Source: Selaginella moellendorffii (taxonomy: Eukaryota > Plantae > Lycopodiophyta). From it: 64,000 bases of DNA. The stretch lies in contig NW_003314273.1 of the NCBI RefSeq assembly GCF_000143415.4, positions 2,014,052-2,078,051 on the forward strand, read 5' to 3'. The first letter of the stretch is position 1, and each line of letters opens with the position of its first letter. A model generated the notes under the pieces. The model saw nothing but the letters and a program-made list of their open reading frames with translations. It was not told the origin of the DNA and searched no databases. Shown piece after piece: positions 25,733-36,886 of this stretch. The position numbers and the translations under genes were made by a program.

Positions 25733-25817
25733 TCTATCTATCTTCTTAGCCCTAAAAAAAGGCTTTGATCAATTTTTTAGGGCTCCTACATTGTGCTTCT
25801 CCTGTTGCCCGGCGAGG

Positions 25818-26757
25818 ATGAGCGAGATCTTCGATGGGTACGAGCGCCAGTACTGCGAGCTGTCCACGAATCTCGCCAGGCGATGCAGCGCCACGGCGAT
25901 TCTCTCCGGAGGTAGGCCCAGATCGAGCGATCGATCGTGGTTCTTCTGATTTGAGGGTTTGATCGATGTGCGAGAGAGCAGAGGAGAAGAAGCAGAAGCT
26001 GGCTGAGCTGAAATCCGGGTTGGATGAAGCACAATCTCTGGTAAACGCGATCGATCTTTTGTGGGAAGTCTAAAATTCTCGGAATTTTTTTTTCCTTCTT
26101 CTCTAGATCCAGCGCATGGAATTGGAAGCTCGCAGCCTCGGGAATTCGCAAAAGGCCGTGTTCCTGGCGAAACTGAGGGAGTACAAGTCCGATCTGACCT
26201 CGCTCAAGAAGGACGTACAAAAATGCGCGACGACTGACGCTCTCGCTGCCCGCGAAGAACTCTTGGAAGCCGGCCTGGGCGATTTGTCGGTAACGTTTCT
26301 TGGCCATTTTCCCAGGGAAGAACTGTCTTTGATCGGCGATCCGCTGCAAATTTTCTTTCTTCCAGACTTCCACCGACCAGAGAGGACGACTACTGTACGC
26401 GACAGACAAAATGAATCGCTCCGGAGAGAGGATCAAAGAAAGCAAGAGAACTTTGCTGGAGACCGAAGATCTTGGAGTCTCGATTCTCCAGGACTTACAC
26501 GACCAGCGCCAGAGACTCCTTCACACAAGAGACACGGTAAGAATTCGAGGAAGATCTCCATTTCTTCCCTTTAACTCTTAACGCTTCTCTCTTTGTTCCA
26601 GCTTTACGGCGTCGATGACAACGTTGGCAAAAGCAGGAAGATCCTCAACTCCATGGCCAGAAGAATAAATCAGAACAAATGGATCATGGGTGGACTCATT
26701 AGCTTCCTCATCGCCGCGATTCTACTCGTCGCCTATTTCAAATGGGTGAGCAAGTAA
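25818..26757 (+). CDS. VTI1: Qb-SNARE VTI1 (VTI11/13-like)
   Basis: MSEIFDGYERQYCELS..MELEARSL..KLREYKSDL..ETEDLGVSILQDLHDQRQ..C-terminal TM helix; five exons. Confidence 0.93.
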
Positions 26758-27018
26758 GTGATCGATCCTCCGATCTTATCAGTCTCTCTGGATGGATATA
26801 AACTATGCCGTTGTGTGTACATTCTTTTCCTCCTCCATACATACATTATATAGGTACGTAACAAAGCTTACGTTCATAGATCTCTCGGAAGCTTTTTTCT
26901 CACAGCTAAAAACCAAAGAGAAGTTGCGCCGTGTGGAATCCTGGGTGCGATTTCCAGTGGCCACTCGCAACGTTTACTTTGCTTTTTATTCTTCGCATTT
27001 ATTCTCTCTTGACGGAAT

Positions 27019-28511
27019 CTACTGCGACACAATGCAGCACTTGGCTCGCTTGTGATCGTGAGAGCAGTGGAAGTTTGGCTCCTTGGGAACTGTCAAGCGT
27101 TTGGAAGATCTGCCAGGAGCAAAGTTTGTGAGCGTTTTGCTCCAGGAAAACTTTCACTACCTTTGTGGAATGAAAGGCCGATCGAAGTAAGGCATGAGTT
27201 GAGCACGAGGGACCATCTCTTTCCGCAGCTGCTTGATTTCTTCTTGTTCCGCAAGCTGTCGACGCATGAATCCAGCAGCTAAGGAACAAGAATTTTATAA
27301 ACTGTGCGAACCTCTTGCAGTCGCTGTTGCTCCTCTCGCTGATGCTCGATGTAAATTATCTTTGCGGCAATCTACACGCAAAACAAAGCTTAGTCGTCGC
27401 TCCAAAGCTTTTTTATCAGAGTGATACGTACGTAGTCGTCGAATTGAGCTCGCCGGACGGATCTGAATTCAGTACAGAGCCTGATATCCATCGGAACAGT
27501 GTTCTCTTTCGGAGGAGGCTTGGGAACAACCTGGATCGAAATCTTAGATGCTGAAAGAAAGCAAAAGCCTCGAAGTTCTGGATAAGAAGTACCTCTGGTT
27601 CGTCAGTTGTCCATGGCAGGCCTTGTGCTATAGGAATCCTGAGCTTGCTATCTTCTTCAAATATCTTTTGCAGTTTCTTCCGGAACTCGTACTCCTTTCT
27701 CGCGCCTCGAGCCTGTGTACAAACTGAAAGAGTCCAGCAAAAGGAAAGAAGAAACTTGTAACGCACCTGTGTTCGCAGGCTAAAAGGTTGTATGCACGTT
27801 GCCTTGGACGACTTTTGGTACGACTCGGATGATCCACAGTCACTGGCATTTTTCTCAGACTGGATGTCATCTTTCTCGTCCCTGCAATGTCAGGTTTGTT
27901 TGCAAGCAAAGCCATAGAAAAGCTTCAAGGAACAAATACCTGTCCAAAGAGCCACCTTCGCTGTCAGCATTGTCCTCCTCTGCCGATTTCTCTTGAGTTG
28001 CTTCGCAGGAACCAAACTCGAACTCTTCCTCGGTCTGCGACAACGATCGCCGGCTGGGCTGCCACTCGCGACGCTCCTCCATCTTTCGGATGTGAGTGTT
28101 TACTTCCGCGAGCGAGATCATACTCTCAAATGCCTGGACTAAGCTATGGACCTTGGAGCCACAGATCCTCCTCCCAAGAGCGCGAAACTCAGCCTCAGTT
28201 TCTCCCTCCTGGTGAGAATCCTTGTCGATCGACGAGCCTGAAACCTCTGCATCGCCAGGAATCCCACCGCTGGAATCCTCGGCCGGGGGAGTCGAAGAAC
28301 ACACATCCTTCTGGACCAGGGACTCTTGAAATTCCGGCGCTCGAGCCTGGCAGCATGATTCCAGCCTATTGCTCTCGTGAAGAACGGCTGGGATAGGAGA
28401 GATCCGAGGTCTAGCAGCGATTGCCGCGGCATTGGGATCGCAATTCTCCAGCGATTTCTTCTTCTTCGTCATGCCGCATTCTTTCGCTGGGGATCTCGCG
28501 GCGCCAGCCAT
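27019..28511 (-). CDS. TPX2-domain microtubule-associated protein (MDP60-like)
   Basis: Spliced QPFSLRTQ/ARG..IPIAQGLPWTTDEPE..EEIKQLRKEMVPRAQLMPYFDRPFIPQR/SSKRLTVPKEPNF; stop at 27019. Confidence 0.85.
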
Positions 28512-28706
28512 CGCCGATCGCCCCAAGGATCTTATAATACCTGGAATCTCCCAGCGATTAAAGTCGCTCCTCCTCTCGCGCTTCGCCGCCTCCCCAGCTC
28601 CCTGCTCTAACCTAATTCTGCGAAGGAACGTTGTTTAGGCTAACGGCTAGATGCGCCTACGTGGCGCCACGTGGCCGGAAACTTAGCATTAGGGTTCTTC
28701 GTGGCT

Positions 28707-30222
28707 ATGGTGGGAGACTGGAGGAAGGGCTACTGGTATGTGATCGTAGGGTTTCTGGCGCTCGGGCTGATTCTCTACTTGACGAGCGACATCGAGCATT
28801 GGCTACTCCCTAGGGATTCCCACGTACAAGATTCCGGGCGTCTTACGGATCTTCTCCGGCGCCAGGAGCAGGGGCTCTTCGAAATCTGGAATGCGACGCG
28901 CGATTCTTCTCACGCCGATGCCTTGCGCTCGCAGATCGAGCTCAATCACCAGATCCAGCAGCTGGTATCAGGCGCCAGACATGGATACGATCCGGGAATG
29001 GGGGGCTGCCAGGGCCAGAATTTCTCATCCAGACGCCACGGCAAGCTCGTCCAATGGCGGCCGAGAGAGGATCGCTTCCTTCTCGTGATTTGCACGTCCG
29101 GCCAGATCTCCAATCACCTCATCTGCCTCGAGAAGCACATGTTCTTCGCGGCGCTGCTCGATCGGACGCTCGTTTTGCCCGACCCCAGCGTCGATTACTC
29201 GTACGAGAAGACGCTCGACATCGCCCACATTCGCAGCTGCCTAGGAGAGAAGACTCTCCTCACATTCCATGAGTTTCTCGCCAAGAACAAGACGGACATC
29301 CGGCTCCTGTGCTACATGAGTGGCTGCTACTTGGACGAAGATCACGAGAAGAAGATCAAAGCTTTGGGACTTTCCTGGAGTTCCAAGACCGATGCCTGGC
29401 CTGAAGAAGCTTCTCTCAAAGGCTATCCATCTCATCCTCGCGCGAGCGAATTCGTGGCGAAGTTCTCTTGCGAGGACGAGGTTCTCGGCATAGGGGACGT
29501 GTTCTACTCGGACGTGGAGTCGCAGCTCGTAGCACAGATTGGTGGTCCATTGCAGCACTCGTGCAAGACGATCATCCGTCCAAACCGGCTCATTCTTCTC
29601 ACCGCGCAAAGGTTCGTGCAAACTTTCCTGGGATCCAACTTCATGGCGCTCCACTTTCGTCGGCATGGCTTCTTAAAGTTCTGGTAAGAAGAGCTTCGCC
29701 ACCTTTTCTCTTCTTCTTATGATCTTTTCTCTCTTTTTTGGCAGCAATGTAAAGAATGAGAGCTGCTTCTTCCCGATTCCTCAAGCTGCCAGCTGCATCT
29801 CGAGGAAGATCCAGGAGGCCAAGCCCCGAGTGATCTACGTCTCCACGGACGCGGCGGAGAGCGAGATCACTCTCCTCCAGCAATTGCTCGGCCCTGACGT
29901 TCCAATGATCCAGAGGCCACAGCACGACTCGAGAGAGAAATGGGACGCGATCCTGCAAAGAAAAGGCCTGCTAGCTGATAACGAGGTGAGCGATCTAAGC
30001 AAAACTTTCTTCTTTCTGACGCTCGACTTTGCTTTGGTTGCAAAGGTGGTAGCGATGCTGGACAAAACGATCCGCGCTATGGCCGAATCATTCATCGGGA
30101 CGCCGGGCTCCACTTTCACGGATGATATCGTGAGATTGCGGAAAGAGTGGGGAAGTAGCAATAGCTGCGATGGTGTTCTATGCCAAGGACAACATCCAAA
30201 TTTCATAGCCGACACAGATTAA
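28707..30222 (+). CDS. O-fucosyltransferase family protein (OFUT36-like)
   Basis: N-terminal TM helix; SGQISNHLICLEKHMFFAALLDRTLV; FMALHFRRHGFLKF; IYVSTDAAESE; FIGTPGSTFTDDI. Two introns. Confidence 0.88.
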
Positions 30223-30402
30223 AACATAGAAACTCGACGTCTGGAGTTCTTCGCTCCCAATATTCTTCTTCTCGCTAGAATATTCGTTCCAAGGCTTAAA
30301 CCAAACTAAGTTTAGCTCACGGGTTATGTAGAGGAGGGGCGCAATATTTTTCAAGTGATCAACCCTGGGAAGACTGGCCAGCCCAGGGACCTGAGGGATA
30401 GT

Positions 30403-30515
30403 CTTGTAGAGCCGATCCCGGGTTCGAACCCACCCGAAGAAGAGGGACCCTCAAATAAAACAAACTGATCACTCCCTTTTAATTTCCCAAGCATGTTGGG
30501 GCACGGATTCGAACA
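30403..30515 (+). repeat. tRNA-like/SINE-like repeat with B-box GGTTCGAACCC
   Basis: Matches 14955-15023; a possible A-box (TAGCTCACGGG) lies at ~30313. Confidence 0.65.
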
Positions 30516-30882
30516 CAGCACTCCTTCGTACTTAAAACGAAATTTCTCCAAAAACGAAATTTCTCCAAAATGAAACTTGCAACGACGCGAACATGTTTGG
30601 TGCTCGGAGTGGCGCTTTGAATATTACTTTGGACCTTCTTTTGAGCTGGACGACTAGAGTTTCATGAATGAGACGAGTGCCATGAGATCATGAAGGCTGA
30701 AATCAAGGCAATGCTCCTAGCGTGAAGCTCTAATTTCGCCGTTGTTTTTGCTTCTTTCAAGAGACTTTTTCATGGTATGATCAATGTCAAATTAACAAAA
30801 TTGGTTAGTGGTTACATTAGTGTTTGGGGTGGTGGTGGTGTGTGTGTGTGTGTGTGCGTATGGTGAGAAGTAAAACGACTAT

Positions 30883-32022
30883 TTAAACAATGACTTTGCA
30901 TCCCTTCTCCAAGCTCACCTTGGGCGTGATGTAGTTTCCGGCCAAGATAAAGTCGGACATAATCTTGTAAAAGTGTTCTGTGTAGTGAATGCCATCGAAG
31001 GTGAAGTACTCGCTGGGATGCTCGCACACCGTGTAGACTGCATCTGTGTGGTTCAATGGCGCACAGCCGCAAAGACCATCTCCATCACAGTTAAACTTGC
31101 CACCGCCGCCGCAGCACGACTGGAGCGAGTTCGTGAAGCCAAACTCGTCCATGTTCTCCAAAACGTAGGTGTTGGCAGCAAACCAATCAAAGTAGTAAAC
31201 AGTGAGACCGGGATACTCTTGGGTGAGCTCGGCCGCCAAAGCCTGGAGTTGTGAGTTGAAGTAGGAGATAAGCTGGGCAATCTCGACAATACAACCATCC
31301 TTGTCGTAGTGGTACATCCCCTGGGGGAACTGCTGGAAGGACTGAAGATAGTTTGGCGAGCAATCGGCGCGGGGCATGTTGTAGAGCAAGACATGGCGAG
31401 CTCCGTGTGCGTACAAGTTGTGGATTCCATCGGCCAGGCCCCGGATCACGGCCGGAATGGTGACATTGATCACGTAGCCACCTCCCAGCGGCAGCCCGAA
31501 GTTGATGTCGTCACCTCCAATCTCGACCATGTAGAGCGCATTCTCGTACCATGGAGAGCTATCCTCGCGGCCGTATTTACCCACGACCTTGGAGCGGTGA
31601 CGCACGAAATCGTCAACCTGGGCAGAGAAGATGTGCGGGCTGGAGAATGGCTGGTTCTCGACCTTGATCACGGTGGCTCCGGCGTATCCAAAGTTGAGGC
31701 TGACAAACTCGGTGCCATTGAATTCGAGGCTCGGAATGCCCAAGTTCTCGAGGTGGAGCTCCTGGATCAGAAAGTCAGGGATGACGAGCCCATCGCTGTA
31801 GCGTCCGGTGGGCCTTCCATAGGTGACGCCATAGGGATACATGCCCGAGAGAGTCTTGCCGCCACCTTCGATGTCGCGGTTGCCACCATCGCTGAGAGAA
31901 TCTGCGAATGTAAAGACTGCAGTGGGACAGATTGAGCCCTCCTTGGGCGATCGAATCGCAGCAGACTGAGAAAACAGTGAGACGATGAAAAGAGCAAAGA
32001 TTGCAAGAACAGTGGAAGCCAT
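30883..32022 (-). CDS. GDSL esterase/lipase, secreted, intronless
   Basis: Signal peptide; FADSLSDGGN, PTGRYSDG, NFGYAGA, EIGGDD and FDGIHYT (blocks I-V). Confidence 0.95.
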   Translation of the reverse strand: MASTVLAIFALFIVSLFSQSAAIRSPKEGSICPTAVFTFADSLSDGGNRDIEGGGKTLSGMYPYGVTYGRPTGRYSDGLVIPDFLIQELHLENLGIPSLEFNGTEFVSLNFGYAGATVIKVENQPFSSPHIFSAQVDDFVRHRSKVVGKYGREDSSPWYENALYMVEIGGDDINFGLPLGGGYVINVTIPAVIRGLADGIHNLYAHGARHVLLYNMPRADCSPNYLQSFQQFPQGMYHYDKDGCIVEIAQLISYFNSQLQALAAELTQEYPGLTVYYFDWFAANTYVLENMDEFGFTNSLQSCCGGGGKFNCDGDGLCGCAPLNHTDAVYTVCEHPSEYFTFDGIHYTEHFYKIMSDFILAGNYITPKVSLEKGCKVIV

Positions 32023-32064
32023 CTTTTATGATGCTTTGAAACTGCGATGGAGTTGCTTTATATA

Positions 32065-32164
32065 NNNNNNNNNNNNNNNNNNNNNNNNNNNNNNNNNNNN
32101 NNNNNNNNNNNNNNNNNNNNNNNNNNNNNNNNNNNNNNNNNNNNNNNNNNNNNNNNNNNNNNNN
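32065..32164. other. Assembly gap (100 N)
   Basis: Run of N. Confidence 1.
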
Positions 32165-32591
32165 CTTTGTTTTACATAAAGGTGAACTAAATAAAGAGCT
32201 CACATCATTTCCACAATGTTCTTGGTTTTCTTCTTGCGTTAAAGACGAAAAATCACCAGCATTTTGCATCAAATACTTGCATTGATCCTTCTTCCAGGGA
32301 GCGATGTGAGCCGCGAGCAGAGTAGTTCTGGAACTGTGTGAGCTAAGCGAACACATGATCCCGCCCAATCATGGGGCCACACTACGCCAAATCATCTTCG
32401 TATTTCAGCAGCACGGTATTCATGAACCGGTCCCCGTCCTAGGCAGCAATTGATGGAGCTGATGGCTGCGATTCTTGTGAATGTTTCCAGCAGCCAAATT
32501 TTTTGATCGCTTTGGTAACTCGAAATACTGATCGACTTTCAGAAACTCAAATTAGCATACCAGTAGCAGAGATTAGCATACCTTGATCTAG

Positions 32592-32630
32592 TATATAAAG
32601 CAACTCCATTGCAGTTTCAAAAGATGGCTT
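32592..32630 (+). repeat. Inverted copy of the GDSL TATA box, 5'UTR and ATG
   Basis: TATATAAAGCAACTCCATTGCAGTTTCAAAAGATGGCTT matches the reverse complement of ~32016-32064 with one small deletion. Confidence 0.85.
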
Positions 32631-33299
32631 AAAAGCGGAGAAGATGGGCTGTGGTTGTCTTGGTTTGGTGACAATTGGTTAGGGTTTAGGGTTTAGCCGT
32701 TTAAAACCCTAAACTTTGAGCTCCAGATGGAGGTGAGTCTTGTCTTGGTTTGTCTTGGTCTGGTGGCAAGAATTTGATCAATTTTTTATCCCATTTTCCC
32801 ATAGCCTAAATGGCTGCAAGCACCAAGATTCCCAGTTTTATTTACACAAAAACCTCCTCTCGCTTTTCATCTTGCTTCTTATATTTCTAAGTAACTAAAA
32901 TACCTATTAAAGTATATTTAATGTTCTTAAATTTAGTATTTATTTGATTTTATACATGTAGACTTTTTGAAATTGAACCAAAAAGCGTTTTCAAATATAA
33001 AACTTAATTTCTTAAAATGTTTTTTATGTTATATTATGCACTCAAAGTTAATTATAAATGACTAATTTTTTTATTCTACTTTAGCTACTAAAACACACAT
33101 AAATAAAAGCCTTATAATCTCCATAAGTCCTTATCCCAACTTAGGATGTTTCTTAAAACTCAAAAGATAGCTTCAAATTCACATTAAATTCACACCTAAC
33201 CCTCTAAAGGTATCATTGATTATTAGTTTCTTACATTAAAGCTATATTTATTTTCATTATCTTAATTGCTAGTCCAAGACCACTTGCACTATAAACCCA

Positions 33300-33900
33300 T
33301 CTCTTTAAAACAAAACCATCCTTTCCATGAAAGCTCACTTTATAACCATTTCCTTAGTAGCTCTATGATATGAGGGAATATTATCCTCTAATATCCTTTA
33401 TTTGATCCCTATAAAGCTCCTTTTTAATCATAATAGTGCTTATTAACACCATCACTAAGTCAAAGTCTAAAAACCTATCTAATAAATTTCATTAATCCAT
33501 GGGACTTCCTCTTCATGTAACCATATTTTTTATTACTAAGCAAGAGGACCATTCATTTTCCTTTCTACAATCAAGGATTTTCAAATACCACTTCAAAACA
33601 CTATAACCCAACATAAGCCTTATGGATATATTCACCTTCCATCACAATATTGCCTCAATTATGTGGCTAAAATGAAATTTTGGTGAGCCATATAAAGTAT
33701 CCAAGTAGGTAATGTCACCCAATTCGAATTATAGGTGGCACTTTCAATCCAACTACTAAATATCTAAGAGGTATATAAAGTACCCTAGTGATGTGTTGAA
33801 TATATTTAGGGCCAAATATCAAAACATATCTAAGAGTGTTAATTCACCCCACCCCTATCAATCATTCAAACTCTTGGAGGAAATAATATTAATTGTCCAT
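33300..33900 (-). mobile_element. Heavily decayed Ty3/gypsy RT/RNase H-like remnant
   Basis: Only faint motifs (..VLIFG..HITRVL..GLKV..ITYL) in very AT-rich DNA. Confidence 0.3.
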
Positions 33901-34103
33901 TTATGTTTACTTTAGCCTTAGACTCTTCACTCATTAAGTAGGTATAACTTTCTTTTACTATTAAAATCCTCCCTTTACTATCTCACAAAAACTTACAAAA
34001 CCTTTTAAAGTCTGAGAGATGATCACTTTAGGCTTTCATCCCACCCTTTAGACATATTTAGGTGATATTTCATAATGAAGTGAGATAGTTTTAATATCAT
34101 TCT

Positions 34104-34257
34104 TGTAAACAACCAAAGAGAATAACTCAAGAGAGGATCTATAATAGTTCAAATATTAAAAAAAAGGCCTATAAATAAGAGTATATCCTCTATTTCAATT
34201 AATTAAAAAACTTTTAGGATACTGTTCTTGGGTTTTAGTAGTATTAGATTGGGTGAT
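34104..34257 (+). mobile_element. Truncated solo LTR of the Cassandra-like family
   Basis: TGTAAACAACCAAAGAGAA start and the 5S-like TTCTTGGGTTTTAGTAGTATTAGATTGGGTGA segment match 11975-12156. Confidence 0.7.
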
Positions 34258-36578
34258 TAGAAAATTCATAATATTTTCATTAATCAAGAATAAAAATTAG
34301 GGGCATAAAGATGATCAAATACCATTTTAGTCTCAATTATAAATGCATTTTGAGCTTAGTGTCATAGTAGTAAATATAGTTTTGCTAACTAATCTTTACT
34401 AAAGTTGGATATTTTTTAGTTGCTTTTGTATTACGTATTGGTCATTCTTTTGTCCCTTTTTGATATTTGTTTATCAATCATTTCATTCTCATTCTTCGGG
34501 TGTTTTCTTAAGAGTTTTATTCTCATTCTTAAATTGTCCAAATCAAACTTGAGTTTTTCTTTAGAAGTTTTATTTCCACATTTCAATTTTCCAAATTAGA
34601 GCTTTTGGTCCAAACATGTTATATTTATTGGACTTCTACCTTAGTTATTCCCATATGGCAGACATTTAATTCTACTTTGGGATTTCGGGATTTATATTTC
34701 ATATTAATATTTGGTTTCAAAAATGAATTACTTTATACATTAAAAGGTTATTAAAATTAAAGGAGATAGTTATAACTAAAGAATAGTAAGTGGATTTGAA
34801 TAGTTTCTTATAATTATTATTATTTAATTAAAATGATAATTTAGTAAAAGTTTGAACCTTGAAAAACTTTAAAGATTATAAGTAGCTTTAGAAATTGAAA
34901 AATATTCACTCAGCTCTATTGTTAAGTTTAATAGTCATGGTAGGTTTAATCTTAAAGGGATAGTGTATATTTATTCAATACATTAATATAATTATTGAAA
35001 GAATTAACAATTTATATTTTTCAAGATAGAAACATATTAATTTATATTTTTTATTTATTTTTATTAATTAGACCAAACACTTCACACAAAAATATATATT
35101 ATAAAATATTTTTTATTCTTTTTATAATATTATTTTAATAAAGAAATGGGATGATTGACGATATGAAGCAGCATAACTCAAATTAATTATTTCCTAACAA
35201 AATAAACAAAAAAACTTTTTTAGAAAAATAAATTCTTACAAATTCCTACTTTTCAAGTTCAATTTAATCCTTTATTCAATGTTATGAGAAAAATGGGGTA
35301 AAAACTTATTTAAGCATTTTTACTAATTAAAATATTAAATTATTGATTAATTAAATTTATATTTTTAAATTTATTTTTAGTCTATGGTTTTATTTTTTTC
35401 CTAATATTTAAATTATATATATAAAACTTAACATTTTTTAATATACAAGTCATAATATAAAATTTGTTACTACCATTATTATTTGCTAGAGGATATGTTG
35501 GTCAAAAAAATTAAATTAAATAAGTTAAAAATAATTGTTATCATTGAAAAAGTGTTCAAAACTGTGTGTAAAATACATAAAAAAGGTGTGATACATAAAA
35601 TATTAAACCAAAAAACATCTTTTTAGGGTTTAAAAAGAGTTGTTTTATACTAGTTTGATAAAAAAAATCATTTAATCGAAATAATTTGAAAAAGAGATTT
35701 AAATTTTTATATTTTGGCAACGTAATAAACTTAAATTTTATATTTAAGAAACTCATTCCACAACTTTTTTTTTAGTTTATTTTCTTTTTATAATTATATT
35801 TGATAATTTTTTAAGGTCTTCTATAGCTTATAAAAGCTAATATTTTTTTAAGTTGATTTAAAAAATATAGTTTAATAATCTCATTGTTAAATAAAACATA
35901 AATAACTTTTATTACTTATAGAAATTTTCTTAAAATTATATTTCTATATAACTCAATTTATGCTATAATAATGATAAAATAAATATTTGTGTATTTATTA
36001 TGATGAAGTTTTTTTGGGCCTTAAGTATATAATCTTTCTTTTTGCTAAATTTTATTTTAAATTCCAAATTGTAACACATTAGAAATTATTGAATGTATAC
36101 ACAAATGAGCAAACACATTTGTGTGTTTTTGAAAGATAGTAATATTTCACAATCATGTGTTTTAATTTGTATATAATATTTATTTAAATGATTATTTAGA
36201 AATATAACATGAGAAAGTGAATTATTTAATTTTTTAAATAGTAAAAAATGAGATGGCACTATTAATAACAAGTTACAATTCAACTTTGAATTTTAATAAT
36301 TGCATTATGGCACGAAGTGATAAAACTATTACTCCATAATAATAAATAACTAAATTATTATTGATTGTTAAATGAAAATATACTAAGGATTATACTAATG
36401 TTTCTAACAGTTTAGAATTGTTATTATTTATAATCAAATTTTAGTTAGTTAGAGTTCCATGGGTGTTTAACAAGTTTTGAACTAAATAAGTGAACTAATT
36501 TAATGGGCTGTGAAGTCGGTGAGTGGAGCGCCTTCCGTAACTGGAGGTAAGCGACACTCAATGCCACAAGGCAAGGCG

Positions 36579-36636
36579 CTGGCAGCTTCCATTGTCATAG
36601 GAGAGTTTGATCGCTGATGACAATGGAAGCTCCTAG
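36579..36636. ncRNA. Candidate miRNA-like hairpin
   Basis: Perfect 15-bp stem AGCTTCCATTGTCAT (36584-36598) / ATGACAATGGAAGCT (36617-36631), extendable to ~22 bp. Confidence 0.4.
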
Positions 36637-36886
36637 GCAAAGAGATAAGATTGAGTGTTGCTGGGAGAAACGCTCCGAGGCGAGGATCGATTATTGCTCG
36701 CTGGTCTCAGAATACACGCAGGATGGAAAATTCCTGAAAGTACCGATCTTGAGACGATGCAGAGATCCATGCTGCGTCTGACGTGGAAGGGTTGGAGCTC
36801 AAATTCTTCGAAAACCATTTGGAAAAATGGTACCTTTGGATCGAGAATACCTCACAGGGAGACTAAACCATCGCTTCTATACAAGC

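Noticed and set aside
1-26757. Functional cluster of trafficking genes (VPS8, AP4E, ECHIDNA, VTI1)
   Set aside because: They are interspersed with unrelated genes. Without synteny or co-expression data, chance is a sufficient explanation.
30310-30435. tRNA gene
   Set aside because: A B-box is present, but there is no cloverleaf with paired acceptor and anticodon stems.
32678-32713. Interstitial telomere
   Set aside because: Only two or three units; such motifs are common as telo-boxes across the window.
36577-36591. miR167 homolog on the minus strand (GGAAGCTGCCAGC)
   Set aside because: Only the 5' 13 nt resemble miR167; the 3' part does not match.
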